64,000 nt of DNA from Bythopirellula sp. (GTDB taxonomy: Bacteria; Planctomycetota; Planctomycetia; Pirellulales; Lacipirellulaceae): contig OZ244170.1 in NCBI GenBank assembly GCA_965216565.1, positions 1,408,001 to 1,472,000 on the forward strand, read 5' to 3'. Below the pieces are notes generated by a model. It ran no database searches. It saw only the letters and a program-made list of their open reading frames with translations, and was not told where the DNA came from. Positions 39,600 through 49,118 of this stretch are shown one piece after another (positions within the stretch are counted from its first letter, which is position 1; every line of letters begins with the position of its first letter). The position numbers were made by a program, and so were the translations under genes.

Positions 39600-39733
39600 T
39601 CTCGACACACCCTGATGGTGTCACGCGGTTCAAGGGCCGGCCGTCGTGTCCCCTGCTGGGGACGGCCTGCTGCTTTGCCTACGGCAAAGACTTCCCCTTG
39701 ACCTCGCGTGCCTGGTGACCATCGGGGTCGAGA
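39600..39733 (+). promoter_or_regulatory. Frpo-like single-strand promoter/ssi hairpin
   Basis: Long imperfect stem TCTCGAC..CCCTGATGGT..CACGCG..TCAAGGG / CCCTTGAC..CGCGTG..ACCATCGGGGTCGAGA with internal CTTTGCC-TAC-GGCAAAG; lies upstream of a small MGE gene. Confidence 0.55.
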
Positions 39734-39778
39734 CAGCGGCTCCACTTCTTATCAAAGTCATATCGGGAGAAAACCACG

Positions 39779-40186
39779 ATGACAAATACCATCAAACAAC
39801 TATCGAACCATGATTTAGCTCAGTTTCACGGCGATCAACTGAGGTATCGTCATACTTTGAATCGGCGTGTGATCTACACGCCGGGCGTACAATATCTAGC
39901 AGAAGCTGGAAGCGCCTACTGGTTGATCGACGCCATTGCTTCCTACCTAACTCCCGGGGGCCTGTGCGACGCTATTCGTCACGACGAACGTATTGCTGAC
40001 TTGCACTTCTGGAGCCTAACGGTGCGTGAGGATCGCAGTGCGCTGCTCGAAGCAAAGGCGGATAGCCCCTGCAAAGCGTTTATCACGCAAGTGATTCCGT
40101 ACACCGACTTCCCACTCGATTCCGTAAACGTTTGGGCTGGTTACGATGGACGGATTTGGACTCTCTATTTGCCAAGTGAGCACTGA
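39779..40186 (+). CDS. DUF6876-like hypothetical protein
   Basis: YTPGVQYLAE...AYWLIDAI...IPYTDFPL...LYLPSEH pattern; GGGAGA RBS. Confidence 0.75.
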   Translation: MTNTIKQLSNHDLAQFHGDQLRYRHTLNRRVIYTPGVQYLAEAGSAYWLIDAIASYLTPGGLCDAIRHDERIADLHFWSLTVREDRSALLEAKADSPCKAFITQVIPYTDFPLDSVNVWAGYDGRIWTLYLPSEH

Positions 40187-40194
40187 GGCTCATC

Positions 40195-40220
40195 AGTCGC
40201 CGCCTGCGGGTGGCGACTTT
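40195..40220 (+). terminator. Probable intrinsic terminator
   Basis: AGTCGCCGCC-TGCG-GGTGGCGACT hairpin followed by a short T run, right after the stop codon. Confidence 0.45.
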
Positions 40221-40305
40221 CCCGCAAGCCATTTGCGGTTTCTCGATGGATGTGATAATCCACTCCTCAACAAGCTAATTGATTAAAGTGATGGAGGAAT
40301 CAGCC

Positions 40306-40641
40306 ATGAGCCAAACCAAGAAAGAGACCGAGCAATCGACCGACAAGAAGAACCCAACAAACAAGAGTCCGATCAAAGTAATTCGTTGCGGAGCTATCGC
40401 AGCGAGTATCTGGAAGCGGCAAACCTCAACTGGATTTGAGTACCTCGACTACTCAATTAGTCGAAGCTGGAAGCTCAAGAGCGGAGAACGCGAAGGCTAT
40501 TCGCAAAACTTCTTTGAGGGCAACGAAGAAGCCCTATTTGAGGTTGTGAATCTTGCCAGCCGGTACATACGCGAGCAACAGATGAGCAATGAACAGCAAT
40601 CAACTCCAACCGCAGACGACTCCGAAAGGCTAGCTGCGTAG
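40306..40641 (+). CDS. Small conserved MGE protein (divergent paralogue of 22716)
   Basis: GGAGG RBS; PIKVIRCGAIAASIWK...YSISRSWK...YSQNF. Confidence 0.75.
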   Translation: MSQTKKETEQSTDKKNPTNKSPIKVIRCGAIAASIWKRQTSTGFEYLDYSISRSWKLKSGEREGYSQNFFEGNEEALFEVVNLASRYIREQQMSNEQQSTPTADDSERLAA

Positions 40642-40725
40642 GTGGACCTCGCGACCATGATTTCGACTGCCAGGGGTGGACCTCGCGGGATATCCGCCAT
40701 CACCCGAGGTGGACCTCGCGACCAT
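40641..40725 (+). repeat. Three direct repeats GGTGGACCTCGCG (iteron-like)
   Basis: Copies at 40641, 40675 and 40708 (34/33-bp period); copies 1 and 3 extend with ACCAT; an AT-rich tract follows. Confidence 0.8.
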
Positions 40726-41052
40726 CCCTTGGCAGTCACTTTTGAAAGAGTTTATTCCAACTGGCTAGAAAGCTTGATGATTTTCAGCGGGTAGAAGAGC
40801 TGATCGACATTCCTTCAAAGGATCCGTTTCAAAAGTACCGTAAAAGCAAATAGGGTTCGCCTAAGATGGGTTGTTTTTTGGTCAGGGTTCGCAGCTACCT
40901 CCCCCCGCCTTTATCGACGGGCCACAACCGGCCTCTGGTCGTCTTCACTTGCAAGAAGCGCGCCAGGCTCCCTGCCACCGCCTCCGCACACCCGCCTGTC
41001 ACGTTTCGTGCAGCGCTACGTCTCCCGGCGGCCGGCTGAGTCCCGGCACTTT

Positions 41053-41110
41053 GTCTTCGTCACTGGGAAGGCCTCCAAAATTTGTGAGAGGCCTCCCCAG
41101 CGACGAAGAC
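41053..41110. promoter_or_regulatory. Long near-perfect hairpin upstream of the 41176 gene
   Basis: GTCTTCGTC-A-CTGGG-A-AGGCCTC / GAGGCCT-C-CCCAG-C-GACGAAGAC with a 12-nt loop. Confidence 0.5.
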
Positions 41111-41175
41111 GTGCTGTGGTGGTCAGAGAAAAACAATCGCTGGCGGAAGGTGCCGCCACAACGGAGTACTCAGAT

Positions 41176-41697
41176 ATGACTAAAGAACGTCCCATACAAA
41201 TCGAAGCGGCAAAAGACGCAATCAAAGCCTACAAGCAATCGATTGGACAGCATGACGGTGGACTCGAACTGGCCATCGACTTGTTAGCCGACCTGCGTCA
41301 CTTGCTGGAGCGAGAAGGTGCCGATGTTGATCAACTTTTTGCGACCGCAGAGTCGCATCATCAAGAGGAACGGGAGTGCAACTACAGTGGATGGACCAAT
41401 CAAGAAACTTTTACGGTAAGCCTCTGGTTTAATAACGCGGAGAACTCTTATCGGTACTGGAAGGAGCAGGCCGCCAAACAGCGTTTAGCAGCACCGCAGC
41501 GCAAGCAGGTCATAGAAGGGATTTGGTCTGAGCCCAGCGCAGCAAAGCTCTACCTGGCCGATCAAATGCAAGAAGACGTTTCAGAGGCAAATCCCCTAGA
41601 AACGGGGTCAGTTTATTCGGAGCTGCTAGTAAATGCCCTTCGTGCAGTCGAATGGACTGAAATCGCTCAAGACTTTATCGAGCTTCTGGAAGAATAA
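41176..41697 (+). CDS. Hypothetical MGE/phage-type protein
   Basis: GGAG RBS; DLLADLRH segment fused to a YSGWTNQETFTVSLWFNN segment. Confidence 0.7.
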   Translation: MTKERPIQIEAAKDAIKAYKQSIGQHDGGLELAIDLLADLRHLLEREGADVDQLFATAESHHQEERECNYSGWTNQETFTVSLWFNNAENSYRYWKEQAAKQRLAAPQRKQVIEGIWSEPSAAKLYLADQMQEDVSEANPLETGSVYSELLVNALRAVEWTEIAQDFIELLEE

Positions 41698-41739
41698 TGG
41701 TTGTTGCTGGGTAAGCTCATTCGGCTTGCCCAGCAAACG

Positions 41740-43083
41740 CTAGCGGATGGACTGATCGCGACGGGCCGACGAGCGTTTCGCTAGGGCGAATCGCTCGGCA
41801 TTTCGCTTTGCCGTACCTACTGACTGACCGATAGCGACGAACTGAGCTGTCATTTCCTTTACGAGATCCCTGGCATTCAAGTCGGGCATCAAAGCTCGCT
41901 CTGGCTGGGCAGAGAATTTGGGATCACGAGGCTTGGCGAGTTCTGCCAAGTGTCGCTGCTCCTGCTTCTGTACTGCCAGAAACCAATCAGGAGGAGTCCG
42001 CTGTCCACGGCTGGCTGCTTTGAGATTATCAATCAAGAACGCTGCAGCACTACGCTTGAAGAATCCTTTTTTCTTCTGCTCTATCGCTGCCAAAGCGACG
42101 TCGCACCAAACGCGAACTAGCTTCTGGTCAAACGTCTTGAGCACCCAGCGGATACTCTGCTCGTCTAGTCCTAATCGTGTCAGTGGTTCTGTGAGGGGTG
42201 AACGCACCCGCCCGACTCCCCGGATCGCTTGGTTAAACCGGGAGCCGCGATCGAATTGAAAATAGCCGCCGTCTCTTCGTTTACCAAACCTAGGCATTCC
42301 GTTGAGATACCCTTGCTTCATCAATACCGAACTACAGCGTTCGATCTTTGCTTTCAATTTGCTCGTCGGCTGCTCAGCTGAGAATCCCAAGGTAGCGACT
42401 GCCAGCTGACGGATGCCAAACCGAGGCGATTGTTTGCGACGGTAGAACACCTTCTGAAGCAATAGGAAGAGTCGCCGGGTTGCCGGATCCAGGCTGCGAT
42501 ACAGCCCAAGGTCGAAACGCAGCGCACCTCCCGTAGCTTGGCAGAACTCGAACAGCTGAGCGTCCCATACAATCCGCCACTCACGATTAGATCCCTCGTC
42601 GAGTGGCAAGCTGTAACCAAGCAGCCCAAATCGAACCTGGCGATGTTCCTGGCGTATTGGGTCGTAAAACAGATCATTTTCGTAATGAATACCTGCAAGA
42701 CGTCTGAGGGCTTCGCGAAAGAGTCGATAGGACTTTCCGCCCTTCGATTGAGGAGCAACGATTCCCAGCTGGCTCAAACAGTAATGAGGAGTGGCGTAAA
42801 ACTCGGATGATGGCTCTGGCTGAGCAAACGTCAGGGCGAGTAAGCCCCAAAGGTAGAATTCGTCGCAGGCTGAGAGGCCATCTGGGCAAGTCACTCGCAC
42901 TCGGGCCGTCTGCCGTTCGCCATTCTTTCCTGTGCAACGATAGGATGTTTCGTGGCAAAAGCCTGCTCGTAGGGAGGATTTTGAATCCAGTGGACACAAG
43001 GCGTGCTCAACTAGCGTGAGCTGGGTTAAACCAAGGGTCGGTGAGATTTTTCTTTGCTGGTGCGGTTTCATAACTGGCAACAT
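41740..43083 (-). CDS. Plasmid replication initiator-like protein
   Basis: LVEHALCPL, DEFYLWGLL, GGKSYRLFREALRRL, RRLFLLLQK winged-helix Rep-type features; divergent from parAB. Start uncertain. Confidence 0.65.
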   Translation of the reverse strand: MLPVMKPHQQRKISPTLGLTQLTLVEHALCPLDSKSSLRAGFCHETSYRCTGKNGERQTARVRVTCPDGLSACDEFYLWGLLALTFAQPEPSSEFYATPHYCLSQLGIVAPQSKGGKSYRLFREALRRLAGIHYENDLFYDPIRQEHRQVRFGLLGYSLPLDEGSNREWRIVWDAQLFEFCQATGGALRFDLGLYRSLDPATRRLFLLLQKVFYRRKQSPRFGIRQLAVATLGFSAEQPTSKLKAKIERCSSVLMKQGYLNGMPRFGKRRDGGYFQFDRGSRFNQAIRGVGRVRSPLTEPLTRLGLDEQSIRWVLKTFDQKLVRVWCDVALAAIEQKKKGFFKRSAAAFLIDNLKAASRGQRTPPDWFLAVQKQEQRHLAELAKPRDPKFSAQPERALMPDLNARDLVKEMTAQFVAIGQSVGTAKRNAERFALAKRSSARRDQSIR

Positions 43084-43246
43084 CAGCCGTACCACGTCCG
43101 ACGGATTTACGAAACAAACAACTGCCGCAGCGACGAAAAAGATTGTCAGAATCTCTGCAAATGTGGCAACGTATCGGTAAGCGTTTCGAGAACTTGGCGC
43201 TGAATTGCCACTGGCAATTTGGCGATCGCGTACCACCAGGAGGCAG

Positions 43247-44050
43247 ATGACTTCGACGCTATGCTTGATTAACCAGAAGGGAGGCTGTGGGAAAAGCTCG
43301 ACTTGTTTTCACTTGGGTGGTCAACTCGCAGCTGACGGGGACCGTGTGCTGCTGGTGGACGCTGACCCACAAGGATCGCTGAGCCAAGCATTCTTTGGTT
43401 CCGAGCGTATCGAGAGGCTCTCCTCCAGTGAAACGACCGCCGCTCTATTTCGGACTCCAGGCACGATCGACGCCCGTGCCTTAATTGCGGTTGCCCCGTT
43501 TGAAGACCTTGACATCGTTCGGGCCAACCAACTTCTTGCTCCTCACAATTCGCCCGAGCCAGAGACACTCGGACTTGGCCAGTACGCATTCGCATCGTTT
43601 ATCGAACAAATCACTGGCTATGACTGGATCCTGTTCGATTGCCCACCCAACCTGTACGGTTGCACTTGGAACGCCCTGTTGGCGTCTGACTACGTGCTAA
43701 TCCCGGTGCCACCTGAAGATTTTGGTACACAGGGCCTGAGAGCAGTCCACCAGGCGGTTGAGTCTGCTCGGCAGCTCAATTCGAGGTTACGCCAACTTGG
43801 ACACGTGATCACCAGACGTGATAGCAGGCTGTTAGTGCATCGAGCTTACGAAGAGAAGTTGCGTTCGGTTCACGCAGATGTCTTGAGAACCACAGTCCCC
43901 GAAGCTGCAGCCTTCAAAGTAGCCCTGACTTGTCGCCAACCAGTTGTCGTTGCGAATCCTCTCTCGAAAGCAGCTCAGAGCATCGTCTCTCTAGCAGCAG
44001 AGATTCGTAGTAGCATCGAGTACCACCAGCAAGCCCAAGGTGTTGCCTAA
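43247..44050 (+). CDS. parA: ParA family partition ATPase
   Basis: NQKGGCGKS, DADPQG, DCPP; AGGAGG RBS. Confidence 0.93.
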   Translation: MTSTLCLINQKGGCGKSSTCFHLGGQLAADGDRVLLVDADPQGSLSQAFFGSERIERLSSSETTAALFRTPGTIDARALIAVAPFEDLDIVRANQLLAPHNSPEPETLGLGQYAFASFIEQITGYDWILFDCPPNLYGCTWNALLASDYVLIPVPPEDFGTQGLRAVHQAVESARQLNSRLRQLGHVITRRDSRLLVHRAYEEKLRSVHADVLRTTVPEAAAFKVALTCRQPVVVANPLSKAAQSIVSLAAEIRSSIEYHQQAQGVA

Positions 44051-44955
44051 TGAAGACGACCCAGCAAATGCTCGCAACCGCCGATGATCACTTGGCAGAG
44101 TCGATAGGGAAGCGGAACGCACAAACAGAGATACAACTTGCCCCGAAGCCCGTTGAGGCTGACATCGGACGGCTACCTGCTCCAGAGTTTGGTCGAATCG
44201 AGGTGAGTCGATTACAGCCAGATCCTAGCCAGCCACGTCTTCACTTCGATGCAGAGGCTATCGAGCGTCTAGCGGCAAGCCTCAAGAGCGCTGGCCAACT
44301 CGCCCCGATCCGTGCTCGCTGGTCAAATTCGCATAAAAAATGGCTGATCGTTGCCGGGGAACGTCGCTGGCGGGCAGCTCAACACGCCGGTCTTGATACC
44401 GTCGATTGCTTTTTCTACCAAGCACCTCTCGACGAGGGTGAAATCCTTCGCCTTCAACTTGTCGAGAACCTTCTTCGCGAGAACCTCAAGCCAATTGAAG
44501 AGGCTCGCGGCTTCCGCAGGCTCATGCAGCAGCAAGGATATACCGGCAAACAAGTGGCTGAAGAGCTTTCAGTTCCAGAATCAAAGGTCAGCCGTTCACT
44601 GGCTTTGCTAAGACTGCCTGAGGACATTCAGCAGCAGGTTGACGAAGGCAAGCTGGCTCCGCGTGTTGCCTACGAACTCACCAAGGTGGCGTCCCAGGGT
44701 AACCAGCAAAAGTTGGCAGCACTTGCAGTGTCTGGAAAAATCGGAATTAAGGACATCTGTGGATCCACACTCTCCAAGAAGAAACGCAGCTTGAGTCGCA
44801 AACGTGGGGTTCGGCTGATTTTCCCGCTCGATGATGGTTGGAATGTCACCGTATCGCGGCGGCGAAAGGGCAACTACCACGAAGTCGAGCAAGCACTAGT
44901 CGACGCCCTCGAAGACGTCCGCACACGCATTCGAGGCGGCGTGCAACTCTTCTGA
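44050..44955 (+). CDS. parB: ParB/RepB/Spo0J partition protein
   Basis: QPRLHF, AGERRWRAA, LVENLLRENL, HTH; coupled to parA. Confidence 0.93.
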   Translation: MKTTQQMLATADDHLAESIGKRNAQTEIQLAPKPVEADIGRLPAPEFGRIEVSRLQPDPSQPRLHFDAEAIERLAASLKSAGQLAPIRARWSNSHKKWLIVAGERRWRAAQHAGLDTVDCFFYQAPLDEGEILRLQLVENLLRENLKPIEEARGFRRLMQQQGYTGKQVAEELSVPESKVSRSLALLRLPEDIQQQVDEGKLAPRVAYELTKVASQGNQQKLAALAVSGKIGIKDICGSTLSKKKRSLSRKRGVRLIFPLDDGWNVTVSRRRKGNYHEVEQALVDALEDVRTRIRGGVQLF

Positions 44956-45128
44956 GCAATTTGCGCAGTCACTCATTACAGTTCACGAACAGTCGCGCCG
45001 AATCGTTTAGCCGCGCCGAGCGAGATTATCGCTCGGGTTCCTGTGAGTGACCTGAATCTCTTTCGACTCGATCGTCATCAGAATATCTGACGCTACCTAG
45101 ACTGAGTTCGCTTGGGTGACGAATAACT

Positions 45129-46010
45129 ATGATCAAAAACTGGTTAAAACAATCCTCGTTCTCGAAGGGCAAGACACTTAGCATCCTGCTGGTTCCCTGC
45201 GGAATCTGGCTGTTACTAGTGGGGTCCATCTCAGCTGCCATTTTATACATCGCGGTCGTGATAACCATCATGGCTCTGTCGCAATTGCGGATCTGGACTC
45301 GTCTCGAAACATTTTTGCAAGCAGATGAATTACCAAGCGTTGTGCTTGCTGTTGCAGCCGATGCGACTGCGTATGGGCTCTTTCAGTCGATCGGCCAATC
45401 ACTTCGCGAAATGTCCGCCAACCAAGATCCGATTTACCGCGAGCTGGCTCTCGGTCGATTACGACAAATCAGCGAAGAAGCGTCGGCGGTTGCGACGGGG
45501 CGAATCGAGTTCCATGGTACCGAAGCATGGCGACGGGCCTATGAGCAACTACTACGCAGCCGCGGACTCTACAGCTATCGGTCCGTCGCTTATGCCTGCA
45601 CGCCGAATTACTGGCAAGACGAACCGGGGCGCCAGAGCATGCAAGTGAACCTTGAGCTAGCGAGCAGTGGCCTTGCCATCCAGCGCATTGTCATTGTTCC
45701 CGAAGCCTACTGGCCACAAGGTGAGCGGTTTCCAGTCGAGCCCCTTGGTAAATGGCTCGATCAACAAGTTCGGGGTGGAATTGAAATCTCGATTGTGGCC
45801 GGATCATTGCTTTCTGGAGACCTAGACCTCATGGCCGACTTTGGGCTCTACGGCAATCGAGCGGTCGGCTTTCAGCGTCTCGACGAGCAGGGCAGGACCC
45901 TGCATTTCTCCCTATCTTTCGACTTCGCAGAGCTACTTGCTACCGAACGTCGCTGGGACCGCCTCACACTCCACGCCACCCCTTACGAAGCATTGCTGCA
46001 AAAAACTTAG
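45129..46010 (+). CDS. Membrane-anchored hypothetical protein (possible DUF6879/PLD-like fold)
   Basis: N-terminal TM pair; IQRIVIV and DFGLYG segments. Confidence 0.6.
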   Translation: MIKNWLKQSSFSKGKTLSILLVPCGIWLLLVGSISAAILYIAVVITIMALSQLRIWTRLETFLQADELPSVVLAVAADATAYGLFQSIGQSLREMSANQDPIYRELALGRLRQISEEASAVATGRIEFHGTEAWRRAYEQLLRSRGLYSYRSVAYACTPNYWQDEPGRQSMQVNLELASSGLAIQRIVIVPEAYWPQGERFPVEPLGKWLDQQVRGGIEISIVAGSLLSGDLDLMADFGLYGNRAVGFQRLDEQGRTLHFSLSFDFAELLATERRWDRLTLHATPYEALLQKT

Positions 46011-46075
46011 GAAATCGACTGGATCGATCAGCATAGTGTACGTAAGATCAGTACACCACGGCCCCGGAGACAGCG

Positions 46076-47407
46076 TTGAGCGAAACGCTTTACCTAGACA
46101 CTGCCCGGCTGGGCCTGATTTCCCCCAGTGCCCAGCGAATTCAAATCCAGTTCGCCCGTCTCGCGAGCGATCCTCAGGGGCTGCTGTACTTCGGAGAGTT
46201 TCTTTCATCAGGCCTACTCGGTGGAAGCCTATCTTCTTGGCAAGCGGTTGATCCTCATCAGCACTGGAATGGTGTTCAAGGACTTCAGAAATCCCTGCGC
46301 TATCTAGTAAACGCTCCAGGCGAGGCTGAGGTATTGTTGGCAAGTCGTTCCGCTACGGTGATGCATATAGCAGCTCAACAGCTCGCCAAACATTGCGACC
46401 GAGTTCTGACAGCTGATTTGCTGTGGCCACCCTATCGACGAATTCTTGTTGACGCATTCCGTCGAACAAGTAAGTCGATTCGCATCTGTTCTTTACGCCA
46501 TGCAGTGATCCAACTGGAGGCAAGCCGATCGATTCTCACAGCCACGATCTGCCAAGCGTTCGACAAACACCAGTGCGACGGCTTACTGCTGCCTCTGATT
46601 GACCACCACGGCGTGACGCTTCCAATTGCGGACGTTGTCAGCACGTTACGCGTCCGAGGACATTCACTCAGGCAAGTCGTAATCGACGCTTCGCAATCGC
46701 TGGGGCATATCCCCGTCGATATCCCTTCGATCGGCTGCGATCTGCTGATTGGAGGAACACATAAATGGCTCGGAGGTTATCAGCCTCTTGGCATTGGAAT
46801 CAGTCTTGGACACACAGGCCTAAACTATTCTCACTTGGCATCGCTGGATCCGCTGCTGCGTCTGACGCAGGAACAGATTGGGGGCTGCCGATCGCGGCAT
46901 GGCGAAACGTCGGCAGTCTTGCCACTTCTCACAGCGGCTGGAGCTTTAGCTGATTCGCCACCTGACATCATCAAGCGGCGACTTGAGATACGCAGGGCAA
47001 ACCGACGGGAGTTCACCAAGCTCCTAACTCAATCTGCCTGGCGAACCGTGAGAGTGGCTCAGGAAGACCACGGCATCGTATTAAGCAGGCCGCCACGATG
47101 CTTGAGATCTCATGACGAGCAATCGCTACGGAATGCTCTTGCGATGCGAGGTATTGCAGCCACGGTTTACCCCAACGGGTTGGTTCGATTCTCGATGCCA
47201 CACCCCTATTTCTCGGAGAAAGATCTAGCTGTACTGCGAACCACACTGAAAGGCGATTCGCTATACCCTTGTAATCACCCATCCCATACGAAAGGAAAAC
47301 CATCATGCCCAACGGTGGAACCGACAATTGTTCAATCTGTTGCTGCAACGAAGCAAACCAAGGGCAAATCGGCAATCACAATGCCGATGGCGTCCAACGC
47401 TGTCTGA
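46076..47407 (+). CDS. Class V-fold PLP-dependent enzyme
   Basis: YLDTARLG, IDASQSLG, GGTHKWLGG (PLP lysine). Confidence 0.75.
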   Translation: MSETLYLDTARLGLISPSAQRIQIQFARLASDPQGLLYFGEFLSSGLLGGSLSSWQAVDPHQHWNGVQGLQKSLRYLVNAPGEAEVLLASRSATVMHIAAQQLAKHCDRVLTADLLWPPYRRILVDAFRRTSKSIRICSLRHAVIQLEASRSILTATICQAFDKHQCDGLLLPLIDHHGVTLPIADVVSTLRVRGHSLRQVVIDASQSLGHIPVDIPSIGCDLLIGGTHKWLGGYQPLGIGISLGHTGLNYSHLASLDPLLRLTQEQIGGCRSRHGETSAVLPLLTAAGALADSPPDIIKRRLEIRRANRREFTKLLTQSAWRTVRVAQEDHGIVLSRPPRCLRSHDEQSLRNALAMRGIAATVYPNGLVRFSMPHPYFSEKDLAVLRTTLKGDSLYPCNHPSHTKGKPSCPTVEPTIVQSVAATKQTKGKSAITMPMASNAV

Positions 47408-47738
47408 TACAAGGGCTGCCTATTAGCCTATCGCGGAGGAAATTGGACCGGTTGCATTCTGCAACCGGTCCAATCCTACCAAGGTCATCAGTGAGAGATG
47501 AAAGGGCAAGGAGTTCAGCAGGCTGATCCAACATGGCAATCCTAACGAGAGAGCGATTGCCATCCTGCATGCCATTTTGAATGGCAAAACCATCGACAAA
47601 TGCAGCACTTCCGACCAAAGTCATGTTGAAAGGTAGGAACCACACGAAAGAGAGACCAAGTGTGTACACCTGCGCTGAACAGTTTTCCGCCTCGCACGCA
47701 ACGTCGATAAGATGGCTGCGATAAAGTGCAGCTTTCGT

Positions 47739-49094
47739 TCACGGACTCAGCAGTCCTTTTTCTACCATCAGTTCTCCGAAGGTGTTCAGCAGACGTTGCG
47801 TTTTGCGAGCTAGCGGCATGTTGTTGTCGTGAATGTGGCCGCCAATGTAGTTTGGGAAGGGCCCGTTAGGACGGTCGTTCTTCCGGCCACCACCTACGAA
47901 GAACAGTCGCTGAAAACTCATGCTATCGTCGTCGAGTACCGCTATAGACCTGAGGCCGCTGAGAGACAGGGGCTGCTTTTCTTCCAGGTAGGTCCATTTT
48001 CCGTTCACAAGTTGCTTATGCCCATCAGAAATAAAAGGTACAAGCACGCTACGGATCTCTGGCAAGGCAGCTTGAAATGCAAGTTCTAGTTTAGCCTTCT
48101 CTCTGGCTGCGGCAATCTGATCGGCCAAAGCAATCTGTTCGGCTTTAAGGCCTGCCAGTTCTGCCTTCTTTCGCTCAGCCTCGACCTTGTCACGCTCAAG
48201 ACGCTTCTGGGTTTCGAGTTCTTGCAATTCAATCTGCGACGCCGCTTCCTGTTCGGCGAGCGCCGCCTCGCTGGCCTTGACCTCAGCTGCGATCTGCTCG
48301 GCTCTTTGGCGTAGCTGCAAAGCCCTTAGTCTCTCGATTGCCTCCCTTAGCGAGCTTTCTGCCGGAGCACGCGACTTTGCTTCTTCAGCAAGCAGCCGAA
48401 CCAGTGCATTGTCTTCCTTCCACTGTCGCAGCCCTAATTCCAATTGCGAGCGGATACCGTTGAGCTGCTTCGTGAACCCGCTGTCGATTTCAAGTGTCGC
48501 CAATTCATCGGCGGCAGCTTGTTCGACCGGTTTGGCGATTGTCAGCAGGGACTGTCGTAAGCTAGCCGTCTTCGCAGGAGAGAGGCGGTCCCGATCGATA
48601 GCTGCTGCGAACAACTCCACTGCTTTCTCATCGGCCGCTATGCGGTGGCCAACTTCCCCTGTCTCCACAGAGGTCACAAACTCGTCCCACCGCTTTTGCT
48701 CTTTGGTAAGGCGACCAAGCAAGTCTTGGGATGTTCGGATATCGGACTGGGCTTCGAGTACCGATGCGCGCCGAACCGCGTCGCTGGTGGAAATGACATT
48801 GGTCGGCCGAGTTCGAGCAGCTGACTTGGGCTCGCCAACGTTGCGGGCGGCTTGTTCGGCAGGAGAATCTTTGCTTGCCTCTGATATCAAATCATTCTGC
48901 AGGGCTTGTGTGGTCAGCTGCTTTACACCCAGGGCGATCAAAACGACGCCACCCATGATTATGCCAATCACCCGCAGTGTTCTCATCCATGAAGGAGCAG
49001 CTCTGCCTGTGGCAGCGTTCTCAGTAGACGCAGCGTCCCATGGATCTTTGTCGGATTCGTCCGCTGAGGTGCTTTCAGAGCCAGTTTCATTCAT
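47739..49094 (-). CDS. Single-TM coiled-coil hypothetical protein
   Basis: TM near residues 40-57, long Ala/Glu coiled coil, small globular C-terminus. Confidence 0.75.
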   Translation of the reverse strand: MNETGSESTSADESDKDPWDAASTENAATGRAAPSWMRTLRVIGIIMGGVVLIALGVKQLTTQALQNDLISEASKDSPAEQAARNVGEPKSAARTRPTNVISTSDAVRRASVLEAQSDIRTSQDLLGRLTKEQKRWDEFVTSVETGEVGHRIAADEKAVELFAAAIDRDRLSPAKTASLRQSLLTIAKPVEQAAADELATLEIDSGFTKQLNGIRSQLELGLRQWKEDNALVRLLAEEAKSRAPAESSLREAIERLRALQLRQRAEQIAAEVKASEAALAEQEAASQIELQELETQKRLERDKVEAERKKAELAGLKAEQIALADQIAAAREKAKLELAFQAALPEIRSVLVPFISDGHKQLVNGKWTYLEEKQPLSLSGLRSIAVLDDDSMSFQRLFFVGGGRKNDRPNGPFPNYIGGHIHDNNMPLARKTQRLLNTFGELMVEKGLLSP

Positions 49095-49118
49095 GTGGTA
49101 GTCGCTTGTTCGTTTCGC

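Noticed and set aside
40641..40725. CRISPR or TIGR-like mini-array
   Set aside because: Only three 13-bp repeats with ~20-bp gaps and no cas/tas genes; the Rep context favours iterons.
48187..49101. 304-aa plus-strand ORF
   Set aside because: Ser/Ala-rich antisense shadow of 47739-49094.
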